From Candidatus Micrarchaeia archaeon (GTDB lineage Archaea > Micrarchaeota > Micrarchaeia > Burarchaeales > JACRGF01), in contig JAWCPB010000016.1 of assembly GCA_038870455.1 (NCBI GenBank), positions 1 to 25,859 of the forward strand: 25,859 nucleotides of DNA. The letters are read 5' to 3'. Below the pieces are notes generated by a model, which searched no databases, had not been told where the DNA came from, and was given only the letters and a program-made list of their open reading frames with translations. Below, one piece after another: positions 7,574-15,904 of this stretch. How positions within the stretch are numbered: position 1 is the stretch's first letter; the number at the start of each line of letters is the position of its first letter. Made by a program: the position numbers and the translations under genes.

Positions 7574-10561
7574 CTAGCCCTTTACGTTGCCTATGGGAAC
7601 GAGGCGGACAACCTTCGTTGAAATGCCCGCGAGGTGAGTCGCTTCGATGACTTCGTCGATGCTCTTGTAGGCCGCGCCCGCTTCCTCAGCCAAGCCCGCG
7701 AACGAAACCGAGCGGATGTAAATGCCCCGGCCGGCGAGGTCCTTCTGCAGCTGGTCTCCCCTGAAAAGGTGTTTTGCCTTCGTCCTGCTCATCGAGCGCC
7801 CGCTCCCGTGCGCGGTGGAGCCCCAAGTCTTCTCTTCGGCGGTCTTTGTGCCGAGAAGGACGTAAGAGCCTGTTTCCATGCTGCCGCCTATTATGACCGG
7901 CTGGCCGATCGCCCGATAGACGGGCGGAATCTCTTCCCTGCCGGGCCCGAAGGAGCGCGTGGCGCCCTTCCTGTGAACGAGAACCTTCTTCCTCTCGCCA
8001 TTCACCGTGTGCTCTTCTATTTTCGCTATGTTGTGCGCCACGTCATACACTTGGTGAAGGCCCAGCGACTCGGCGTCCCTGCCGAAGACGCTTGAGAAAA
8101 CCTCGCGGATGCGGTGGAGGATGACCTGCCTGTTGGCAAAACTCATGTTCACGGCGCACTTCATGGCGGCGAAGTAATCCTGCCCCTCTGGGGAGTTGAA
8201 GGGCGCGCTCGCCAGCTCCCTGTCGAGAATTTTTATTCCATACTTTTTCTCCATCACGCGCAGGAAGAGCTCAAGGTAATCCGAGGCGACCTGGTGGCCG
8301 AACCCCCTGCTCCCGCAGTGGAACATGACCACGATCTGGTTGGGCAGGGTGATGCCGAAGGCCTTTGCAGTTTTCTCGTCATAAACGGCCTCGGGCTTTG
8401 CGACCTGAATTTCCAGGTAGTGATTGCCTGAGCCGAGCGTGCCTATCTGGTTGAAACCGCGGTCAATGGCTTTCGCGCTCACCTTGCCCGCGTCCGCGCC
8501 CTGAATGCACCCGTCCTCCTCAGTCCTCTCCAGGTCTTCCTTCCAGCCATAGCCCTTTTCCACGCACCACTGCGCCCCGCGCTCGATGACTTCTCTGAAC
8601 TCGTTTTTCGAGAGCTTGACGAAGCCCGTGCAGCCCACGCCCGCGGGCACCCTCCTGAAGAGCTCATCCACGAGCTGCTTGAGCTTTGGCTTAACATCGT
8701 CGAGGGTGAGGTTGGTGAGGCACAGGCGCATGCCGCAGTTCGAAACGACGAGGCCGTTTGCTATAAAATCATGGCTCGCGTGCGCCAGCGTGAAGTCATA
8801 CACTTCTTCACCAAACTCAATTTCTTCTATTCGCTCTATCCTGTCCCACGCTGCGCCGCTTGCGCCCAAGCCGCGCGTGGCACGCTTACGGAATTCTTCA
8901 AACGACTGAGCTTCGTTCCCTATCCTCGGCGCGCTCGCTCTCCCCTCGTAAATGCTGCGCAATACGAAGCGCTCATTCACCTCGTATGGCTCGAGCGCGT
9001 GAGCAATTTCCTTCACGGATATTCCTGTCTCGCGCATCTCCATTGCCAGAGCGGCGGCTTTCTCGCGCTGCCTTATGAGGCATTGCTTGCAGCGGAGGTA
9101 GTGCGCGGCGAGGTTTGCCTGTGCGCGCTTTTTTGCGTGGTACTCGAAGCCTATTTTTTCATAAAGCGCAATCAGGTTTTCCGGAGTGCCGTCTATGGCC
9201 AGCCGCAGCCTGACCGTGCGTTCTCCGCGTGCGCTTTTGTAATCGTCCACGTAAGCGGGCTCGGCGCTTTTCACCCCGAATTCTGAGAGGAGGCTGGCGA
9301 GCTGGTTGAGGAATTTCCTGGCATTGCCTTCGAGCGCTTCGGCCTTGTTCACCGAAACTGCCGGCATGTAAAACGTGTGGCTGTGGCCGGTCATGGTTTT
9401 CGGCGCGCTCATTTCTGCCCCGAAATAGCTCGCCAGGAACAGCCTCTTGAGCCACAGCGGCAGGCGGAAAAGCCAGGCCGGCAGCACATACGCCTGCGTT
9501 GCTTTGCGTCCTGCCGGCGCGCCCATAGCACGAAGCAGGAGATAAAGCCCTCTTGAAGAAACATAAAAACTGTTCTCTACAGCGGTGAAGGACACACGGC
9601 CGTAGCGCGTGTCTATCCGGTGGCTTCGCCTGCGCGAATAGACTCTTGTGGGCGTGAAGCCTATTTTTTTAAGGTCTTTCCTCATCCGCTCAAGGTCCCC
9701 GCGCTGGCCGTAGAACGCGGTGAATGACTTTCTCCCGTTCTCGTAAAGCGTCCCATCGCCCATGTTGTACGCCAAGAGTTTTATGAGATAAGGAAGCGCG
9801 GGAGAGTCCGCGCGCAGGGGAAGAAGGCCCTTGTCCTTGAGTTCCTTGACTGCAGCCTGCTTATCCAATGCCGTGTCAATGCATTTGATATCATGCTCGC
9901 TGGCAATGGCGAACGACGGAGGCCGCTCGTATTCCACTCCCTGAAAAGGAAACACCGCGACGCTGCCGCCAAAAGACAGGTCGCGCACAGGTTTCATGCC
10001 ACTCGGTGTCAGGAGAGGGTGGTCGCCCGTCGCCACGATGGTGCGTCCAGTCCGTGTGGTAAGCCTGAAAACCTTTTTTCCATCAGGCGCTTTTTTAAGA
10101 AAAAGCGCGATGCGGGCAAGTTCTTCCCTCTTTTTCCTCGTATTTATGCAGGGCAGCTCCTCGTGTGCGCGCTCCTCCACAAGCTCCCTGATGCTTCGCG
10201 TGCAGCCGTGTTCGGTGAGAACGCGCGTGCTTCCGGCGAGGCAGTTTATGTCAAAACCTATTCCCCCTGGGGAAATGACTCCGCCCTCAAGGTCCATTGC
10301 GGCCACGCCGCCGATGGGAAAGCCGTAGCCGCTGTGCCCGTCCGGCATGCAGTAGGCGTGCCTGATGATTCCCGGGAGGGTAGCCACGTTGGTTATCTGG
10401 TCGTACACCTGCAGGTCCATTTCATTGATGAGCTTCTGAGTTGCGATGACGCGCGCCGGAACGCGCATGCCCGGCTTGAAGTCGCTGCCTATCTCCCATT
10501 CTACGTCAGAGACTTTCCTGAGCTCTGGCTTCCTGAATTCACGGCCTCCGAAAGGCGCCAT
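7574..10561 (-). CDS. rtcB: tRNA-splicing ligase RtcB precursor containing an intein (995 aa; about 493 aa after splicing)
   Basis: MPDGHSGYGFPIG, GFDIN/C, TLGSGNHYLE, HCGSRG, DVAHN, HRKGAT, STAHGSGR and terminal GNVKG. Start trimmed to ATG 10561, which lies at leaderless distance from TTTTAATA. Confidence 0.95.
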   Translation of the reverse strand: MAPFGGREFRKPELRKVSDVEWEIGSDFKPGMRVPARVIATQKLINEMDLQVYDQITNVATLPGIIRHAYCMPDGHSGYGFPIGGVAAMDLEGGVISPGGIGFDINCLAGSTRVLTEHGCTRSIRELVEERAHEELPCINTRKKREELARIALFLKKAPDGKKVFRLTTRTGRTIVATGDHPLLTPSGMKPVRDLSFGGSVAVFPFQGVEYERPPSFAIASEHDIKCIDTALDKQAAVKELKDKGLLPLRADSPALPYLIKLLAYNMGDGTLYENGRKSFTAFYGQRGDLERMRKDLKKIGFTPTRVYSRRRSHRIDTRYGRVSFTAVENSFYVSSRGLYLLLRAMGAPAGRKATQAYVLPAWLFRLPLWLKRLFLASYFGAEMSAPKTMTGHSHTFYMPAVSVNKAEALEGNARKFLNQLASLLSEFGVKSAEPAYVDDYKSARGERTVRLRLAIDGTPENLIALYEKIGFEYHAKKRAQANLAAHYLRCKQCLIRQREKAAALAMEMRETGISVKEIAHALEPYEVNERFVLRSIYEGRASAPRIGNEAQSFEEFRKRATRGLGASGAAWDRIERIEEIEFGEEVYDFTLAHASHDFIANGLVVSNCGMRLCLTNLTLDDVKPKLKQLVDELFRRVPAGVGCTGFVKLSKNEFREVIERGAQWCVEKGYGWKEDLERTEEDGCIQGADAGKVSAKAIDRGFNQIGTLGSGNHYLEIQVAKPEAVYDEKTAKAFGITLPNQIVVMFHCGSRGFGHQVASDYLELFLRVMEKKYGIKILDRELASAPFNSPEGQDYFAAMKCAVNMSFANRQVILHRIREVFSSVFGRDAESLGLHQVYDVAHNIAKIEEHTVNGERKKVLVHRKGATRSFGPGREEIPPVYRAIGQPVIIGGSMETGSYVLLGTKTAEEKTWGSTAHGSGRSMSRTKAKHLFRGDQLQKDLAGRGIYIRSVSFAGLAEEAGAAYKSIDEVIEATHLAGISTKVVRLVPIGNVKG
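8738..10243 (-). mobile_element. Intein with LAGLIDADG homing endonuclease (502 aa) in RtcB
   Basis: N-extein GFDIN | CLAGSTRVLT (block A); ATGDHPLLT (block B TxxH); LLAYNMGDG (block C); FLASYFGAEMS (block E); YEKIGF (block H); VYDFTL (block F); FIANGLVVSN | CGMRL. Removing it restores GFDINCGMRL. Confidence 0.95.
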
Positions 10562-10582
10562 GCGGTTATTACGGCGAATAAC

Positions 10583-10605
10583 TATTAAAAGCAAGCGTGC
10601 CGAAT
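10583..10605. promoter_or_regulatory. Divergent promoter between rtcB and the PrsW gene
   Basis: TATTAAAA at 10583-10590 reads TTTTAATA on the minus strand; the gap between the two divergent starts is under 60 bp. Confidence 0.55.
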
Positions 10606-10619
10606 GCATGGGGGATAAG

Positions 10620-12140
10620 ATGAGGGGCGCGGGAACCTGGTTTGCTGTTTTCCTGCTCGCGCTGTTTCCCGCGGCATTCGCCGCCATTCCCACCGCCTTC
10701 ACGCCGGAGCAGGTTTCCGGCAGGCCGCTTGACGCCAACATCACCGACACGAAGGAAGAGATTCTCTTCAACGAATCGCGCTCTACCGTGTCGATTACCG
10801 CGCTCGTGAAGAACCCTGGAAACGAGCCGCTCGCGGTTTACTTCGCCGTGAGAGAACCGGCCAGGTGGGTGGTTTACAAGAGCCTCGGCGAGGTTCCGCC
10901 GGCGAGCGCCCGGAGCTTCGCCTTCGAGGTCGAGTTTGATTACTGGAACGAGAACGTGAGGACGATGCGGTACGCGCTGGTCGGGGTGGAGGCCGGCGGC
11001 AATGTGTCAGGATACGAGTTTTCCCTTGAGGAAAAGTGGCAGGCTTACCTGGAGAAGAACGTGCGCGATGTGCTCGTCCGGGCGTATGTTCTCGTCGTGC
11101 CCATCGTGGCCATCCTGCTCGCCTTCCTGCTCTTCGCGGTGGTTGATGTGGCCTACAGGAGGAGGGACGAGGGCGAACTCATTCCAGGGGAATACACGCT
11201 GCGCACGCTCGTGTTCCCTGTCGTGAGGGGAAGGCCGTTGAAGGAAGCGCTCGCCGACGTCCTGCTCAACCCGCTCTTCTGGGCGCTCGAGTTCGCCGGG
11301 GGGCTCGTCCTCGTCTCGCTCATCTTCTCGCAGTCCATGTCGCTGCTGGGCGCGGACGTGGGGCTGCGCGTTTTCGTCATCTCCGGAATGAGCGCGCTCG
11401 TCATGCCCCTGCTGTATATCGTCGCCGCGTGGATTGCGGACTATTACGAGAGGGAGCCACTGCGTTTTGTCGCCAGCGCGTTCATGTGGGGCGTGCTGGC
11501 AGCGTTTCTTTCCTTCATAATAAACACTGTCGGAACAGGCTTTGTCGAAGCGCTCTTCGGGGAGGCGAGGGTCGGCGGCGACGTCGGGGCGGTGCTTCTG
11601 GGAACAGCGCTGCTCGCGCCCGTCGTCGAGGAAGTGCTCAAGGGGGCGGGCGTGGTCGTGCTCGCCGGCCACCATGAGATGGACGACGCGCTTGATGGCC
11701 TGCTCTACGGGTTTGCCGCGGGCGTGGGCTTCTCGTTCATCGAAAACTGGTTTTACTTCGCGCTCGAGGCCAACCCGTTCCAGTGGGGAATCCGCGCCTG
11801 GATCGCGCTCATTCTCTACCGCTCTTTCTTCAACTCGCTGGCGCACGGAAGCTTCACGAGCGCGGCCGGCGTGGTCATGGGCTACATGAAGAGCAGGCCG
11901 GAGCTGGTGCGCTACGCGCAGCTGGGCTTCGTTCCGGGCGTGTTCATCGCCATACTCCTGCACATCTTCTTCAACATAGGCGCCATTCTCGACACGATAG
12001 CAATCTTCAGGTGGCAGGTGCCCGTGTTCATCTTCAACCCGATTCTCGTGCTCGCGCTCGGGATAGTCTTTCTGATAGTGTTCGCGCTGGCAACGCTCGA
12101 CACGAAGAGGAGAGTTGAGGCGCGAGGGGTGGTGGCGTGA
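10620..12140 (+). CDS. PrsW-family glutamic-type intramembrane protease with an N-terminal extracytoplasmic domain
   Basis: Signal peptide, then a soluble domain of about 140 aa, then multiple TM helices with DYYEREP, VVEEVLK (EExxK), GFSFIEN, AHG and HIFFN motifs. Start is ATG 10620 or 10608. Confidence 0.85.
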   Translation: MRGAGTWFAVFLLALFPAAFAAIPTAFTPEQVSGRPLDANITDTKEEILFNESRSTVSITALVKNPGNEPLAVYFAVREPARWVVYKSLGEVPPASARSFAFEVEFDYWNENVRTMRYALVGVEAGGNVSGYEFSLEEKWQAYLEKNVRDVLVRAYVLVVPIVAILLAFLLFAVVDVAYRRRDEGELIPGEYTLRTLVFPVVRGRPLKEALADVLLNPLFWALEFAGGLVLVSLIFSQSMSLLGADVGLRVFVISGMSALVMPLLYIVAAWIADYYEREPLRFVASAFMWGVLAAFLSFIINTVGTGFVEALFGEARVGGDVGAVLLGTALLAPVVEEVLKGAGVVVLAGHHEMDDALDGLLYGFAAGVGFSFIENWFYFALEANPFQWGIRAWIALILYRSFFNSLAHGSFTSAAGVVMGYMKSRPELVRYAQLGFVPGVFIAILLHIFFNIGAILDTIAIFRWQVPVFIFNPILVLALGIVFLIVFALATLDTKRRVEARGVVA

Positions 12141-12922
12141 AATTTCTTGAAAAATACGTGAAGGCCAGGAAGGAAAAGAACAGCATTCTCTGTCTGGGGC
12201 TCGACCCCGCGCCCCCGGGCATGCGGCCCCTTCCGAAAAAATACGCGGGCAAGGACATTACGGACGGCATGCTGGCCTACTGCATTGACGTGGTTGAGAA
12301 AGCAGGCGCCAGCTGCTGCGCCGCGAAGGCGAACCTCCAGTTCGTCTTTCCCTTCTCCCTGAAGCAATTCCAGAAGCTCAACGCCGTCATCCACAGGCAG
12401 GGCCTGCTCTCCATCCTCGACATCAAGCTCAGTGACATAGGCTCGAGCAACGCCGCCTCAGTATATTGGATTAAGGAGGCGGGCTTTGACGCGCTCACCT
12501 TCTCTCCTTTCGCGGGCAACGTGCGGGAGGGCGTGGAGCTCGCGCACCAGAAAGAGCTCGGCGTATTTGTGCTGACCCTGATGAGCAACCCGGAGGCCAG
12601 GCACTTCATGAAAGGCAAGGTGGCAGGCATTCCTGCCTATCGCTGGATTGCGCGAGAGGTGAGGGAAGCGGGCGGCGATGGGGTTGTGGTGGGCGCGACG
12701 CAGGCGGGCAGGGAGCTTGAGGAGATTAGGGCCATTGTCGGCAGCGAAACGATTTTCCTCGTGCCGGGAGTGGGCGCACAGGGAGGCAATGAAGAGAGGG
12801 TCATCCGGAGCGCTGGCGAAAACCTGCTCATCAATGTTGGCAGGAGCATTCTCAACGCAGAAGATCCCGTGAAATCCGCGCGCGAGTTCAACGAGAGGTT
12901 CAACAGGCTGAGGAAGGAATAA
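12137..12922 (+). CDS. pyrF: Orotidine-5'-phosphate decarboxylase
   Basis: LCLGLDP, LDIKLSDIG (DxKxxD), LMSNP, LVPGVGAQGG and INVGRSI. GTG start overlaps the PrsW stop. Confidence 0.92.
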   Translation: MKFLEKYVKARKEKNSILCLGLDPAPPGMRPLPKKYAGKDITDGMLAYCIDVVEKAGASCCAAKANLQFVFPFSLKQFQKLNAVIHRQGLLSILDIKLSDIGSSNAASVYWIKEAGFDALTFSPFAGNVREGVELAHQKELGVFVLTLMSNPEARHFMKGKVAGIPAYRWIAREVREAGGDGVVVGATQAGRELEEIRAIVGSETIFLVPGVGAQGGNEERVIRSAGENLLINVGRSILNAEDPVKSAREFNERFNRLRKE

Positions 12923-13585
12923 CTACCGACCCGGCCGCCTTTTCCTGCTGCGCGCCGGAGGGTGAGGCGTGTGCGGCGCGCCGAGCGCGCGGAGGATGGT
13001 GGACGCTTCCCTTCTTATCTCGTCGCTCCTGTCCTTGAGCGCGTCCTCGAGCGCGCGCACGACAGCGGGACCGCCGATTTTGCCCAGGGCCTGCGCCGCG
13101 CAGATGCGCGAGGCGTGCTCGCTGCCCTTGAGAATGCGCACGAGCGGGCCCACGGCCTTGGCGCTGCCGATCTCGCCAAGGGCCTCTGTGGCAGCACATC
13201 GAATGTAGGGAAGCTTTTCCTCAAGCAGGATGCGGCAGAGGGAATCAACCGACTCGCCCATCCTCAGCCTGCCGCACCAGCGGACGGCCTCGGTGCGCAC
13301 GCGCGCGTAGGGGTCGCCGAGGCGCCGGAGGATGGCCGCGCGCGAGTCCCGGGTGTTTATCCTCCCAAGGGAGTTGAGCGCGGCGAGCCGCACGCTCCAG
13401 GAAGGGTCTTCAAGCAACGGGATGAGGTGGGGAACGAGGCTCGGGAGGCCGACCTCCCCGAGCTCGGCTGCCGCGGCAGCGCGCGCGCCGGCTTCGGGAG
13501 AACGGAGCTCGAGCAGAAGCTGTTCGGCCCTCCTCTCCCTTTTTCCAACGACGGGCTTTTGCTTCGGCTTCTTCACGAGCCACAC
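12923..13585 (-). CDS. HEAT-repeat (PBS-lyase-like) protein
   Basis: About five repeats of roughly 31 aa: RAAAAAELGEVG, VRLAALNSLGRI, VRTEAVRWCGRL, IRCAATEALGEIG, RICAAQALGKIG. Confidence 0.85.
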   Translation of the reverse strand: MWLVKKPKQKPVVGKRERRAEQLLLELRSPEAGARAAAAAELGEVGLPSLVPHLIPLLEDPSWSVRLAALNSLGRINTRDSRAAILRRLGDPYARVRTEAVRWCGRLRMGESVDSLCRILLEEKLPYIRCAATEALGEIGSAKAVGPLVRILKGSEHASRICAAQALGKIGGPAVVRALEDALKDRSDEIRREASTILRALGAPHTPHPPARSRKRRPGR

Positions 13586-13637
13586 TTATTGAACAAACTA
13601 TTTAAATTGTGGAGGAGAAGAAAACGCGGTGTGGGGC

Positions 13638-14237
13638 ATGGCGGGCGAGGAGCTGATTTTCGAGCTGCACAAGATAGGCTGCATAAAGTTCGGAGAGTTC
13701 CGCCTCAAGTCCGGGATGGTCTCGCCAATCTACATCGACCTTAGAATTCTTGCCTCTCACCCCAGGGTTCTCAGGCTGGTCGCCCGGGAGCTCGCCGGCC
13801 TCGTGGCGAAACTCGAGTTCGACAAGATAGCCGCCGTTCCGTACGCGGCGCTGCCCATCGGCACGGCCCTTTCCCTCGAGACGGACAAGCCTATGATTTA
13901 CGCGCGCAGGGAGGCCAAAAGCTATGGAACGGCGCAGCTCATCGAAGGAGTGTGGAGTAGGGGGGAGACCATCATAGTCGTGGATGACCTGATAACGACG
14001 GGCGAAAGCAAGTTCGAGGTCATCAGGCCGCTTGAGAACGCGGGCCTCGAAGTCCGCGATGTCGTGGTCGTCATCGACAGGGAACAGGGGGGCGCGGAGG
14101 CGCTGGAGAGAGGAGGCTACAGGCTGCACGCCCTGCTCAAGCTCAGCGGAGTGCTGGACGTGCTTGAAAAGAACGGAAAAATAACCGGCGAGCAAAAAGA
14201 TAAAGTGCTCAATTACATTAAAGGCGCAAGGGTGTGA
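13638..14237 (+). CDS. pyrE: Orotate phosphoribosyltransferase
   Basis: GEFRLKSGMVSPIYIDLR, RREAKSYG, PRPP loop VVDDLITTGES and VIDREQG. Start set at ATG 13638. Confidence 0.95.
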   Translation: MAGEELIFELHKIGCIKFGEFRLKSGMVSPIYIDLRILASHPRVLRLVARELAGLVAKLEFDKIAAVPYAALPIGTALSLETDKPMIYARREAKSYGTAQLIEGVWSRGETIIVVDDLITTGESKFEVIRPLENAGLEVRDVVVVIDREQGGAEALERGGYRLHALLKLSGVLDVLEKNGKITGEQKDKVLNYIKGARV

Positions 14238-14240
14238 AGA

Positions 14241-15143
14241 TTGGCCGGGGTGGAGTTGTGCGGAGTGAAGCTGCCCAACCCAACCGTGCTCTGCTCCGGC
14301 TATCTTGGAGTGAGCGCGGGGTCGCTCGCCATGTGCGCGCGGGCCGGCGCGGGCGCGGTCACGAGCAAGTCCTGTTCCCTCGAGGCGAAGAAAGGCCACG
14401 AGCTGCCCGCGGTCATCCACTGGAATAACATCGTCATGAATGCCGTGGGCCTCAGCAATCCCGGCGTTGAAGAGACTGTCGCCGAACTCAAGGAATACAA
14501 GCGGATGAGCCGGGTTCCGCTCATCGCAAGCGTTTTCGCCGATTCGCCGGAAAACTTCGCCAAGGTGGCGGCAGGAATCTCCGAGGCAAGGCCGGACTTC
14601 ATCGAGCTCAACCTCTCCTGCCCGCACGCTGCAAAAGGCGACATTCTTTTCGCCGATTCCCCGGAAGCGGCCGCGGAAGTCATCGCCAGGGTGAAGGAGG
14701 CCGTGAAGGCCCCAGTGTTCGCCAAGCTGTCCCCGAATGTCAGGAACATAGCGGCCATCGCCAAGGCGTGCGCGGAGGCGGGCGCGGACGGCATAACCGC
14801 GGTGAACACGCTCGGACCCGGCATGAAAATAGACATTCACGCGAGAAAACCTGTGCTCGGAAACAAGTTCGGCGGAGTCAGCGGGCCGGGCTTAAAGCCC
14901 ATCGCGGTCAAGTGCGTTTATGACATCGCGAGGGCGGTGGATGTACCCATCATCGGCATGGGGGGAATACTCACGGGCGAGGATGCGGTGGAGTTCCTCA
15001 TGGCGGGCGCGAGCGCGGTGGGCATCGGCAGCGCGCTCATCTGGCACGGGCTGGGCGCGTTCAAGGCGGTCAGCGACGGCATAGACAGGTTCATGCAGGA
15101 AAACGGATATTCGAAGATAGAAGAGTTGAGGCTGGAGGAATGA
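14241..15143 (+). CDS. pyrD: Dihydroorotate dehydrogenase family 1B, catalytic subunit
   Basis: NAVGLSNPG, ELNLSCPH, KLSPN, AVNT, GGVSG and IIGMGGI; TTG start. Confidence 0.95.
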   Translation: MAGVELCGVKLPNPTVLCSGYLGVSAGSLAMCARAGAGAVTSKSCSLEAKKGHELPAVIHWNNIVMNAVGLSNPGVEETVAELKEYKRMSRVPLIASVFADSPENFAKVAAGISEARPDFIELNLSCPHAAKGDILFADSPEAAAEVIARVKEAVKAPVFAKLSPNVRNIAAIAKACAEAGADGITAVNTLGPGMKIDIHARKPVLGNKFGGVSGPGLKPIAVKCVYDIARAVDVPIIGMGGILTGEDAVEFLMAGASAVGIGSALIWHGLGAFKAVSDGIDRFMQENGYSKIEELRLEE

Positions 15144-15904
15144 ACGAACTCTACAGGGTCTTCAAAATAGACAAGGTCATAGCCGAGACGGAGAGGGTGA
15201 AGACCCTTGTTTTCGAAGGAAAGCTGGAGAGCAGGCCGGGCCAGTTCGTCATGGCCTGGCTGCCGGGCGTGGGCGAGAGGCCCATGAGCATCGCGGACGA
15301 CGAGCCCTTCACGCTCACCATCGCGAACAGAGGGGCCGTGACAAGCGAGATGTTCAAGCTCAAGGAGGGCGGCAGGATGTGGGTCAGAGGGCCTTACGGA
15401 AACTGGTTCCGCCTCCAAGGAAAAAAAATCGCGCTCGTGGCGGGCGGGACGGGCCTCGCGCCCATGAGGTTCCTCGTCAAGGAAGCGAAAAAACAAGGCA
15501 TCGAGGCGTGCGCGTTCGTGGGAGCGCGGACGAAGAGCGCCCTGCTCGCCCGCCCGCCGTGCGAGACGATAGTCGCGACGGACGACGGGAGCGAGGGATT
15601 CAAGGGCTTTGTCACGGGCGCGCTCGAGGCTTACGTGGCGAAGGAAAAGCCCGACTGCGTGTACGCGTGCGGACCCGAGAGAATGATGGCTGACGTGCTG
15701 CGCATTTGCGACAGGGCGGGCATTCCCTGCCAGCTTTCCCTTGAGAGGCACATGAAGTGCGGCTTTGGGGTGTGCGGCGCGTGCGCAATCGACGGCTTTC
15801 TCGTGTGCCGGCACGGGCCCGTCTTCACGGGCGAAACGGTCAAGCACATGGCCGACTTCGGGAAAACCGCGAGGGACGCGAGCGGCAAGAGGATTCCGGT
15901 GTGA
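15140..15904 (+). CDS. pyrK: Dihydroorotate dehydrogenase electron-transfer subunit
   Basis: PGQFVM, RPMS, RGPYGN, AGGTGLAP, ACGPERMM and the [2Fe-2S] motif MKCGFGVCGAC...C; ATGA overlap with pyrD. Confidence 0.93.
   Translation: MNELYRVFKIDKVIAETERVKTLVFEGKLESRPGQFVMAWLPGVGERPMSIADDEPFTLTIANRGAVTSEMFKLKEGGRMWVRGPYGNWFRLQGKKIALVAGGTGLAPMRFLVKEAKKQGIEACAFVGARTKSALLARPPCETIVATDDGSEGFKGFVTGALEAYVAKEKPDCVYACGPERMMADVLRICDRAGIPCQLSLERHMKCGFGVCGACAIDGFLVCRHGPVFTGETVKHMADFGKTARDASGKRIPV

Noticed and set aside
10446..10771. Apparent head-to-head overlap of rtcB and PrsW in the ORF track
   Set aside because: Artefact of longest-ORF starts; the plausible starts (10561 and 10608/10620) leave a normal divergent promoter.
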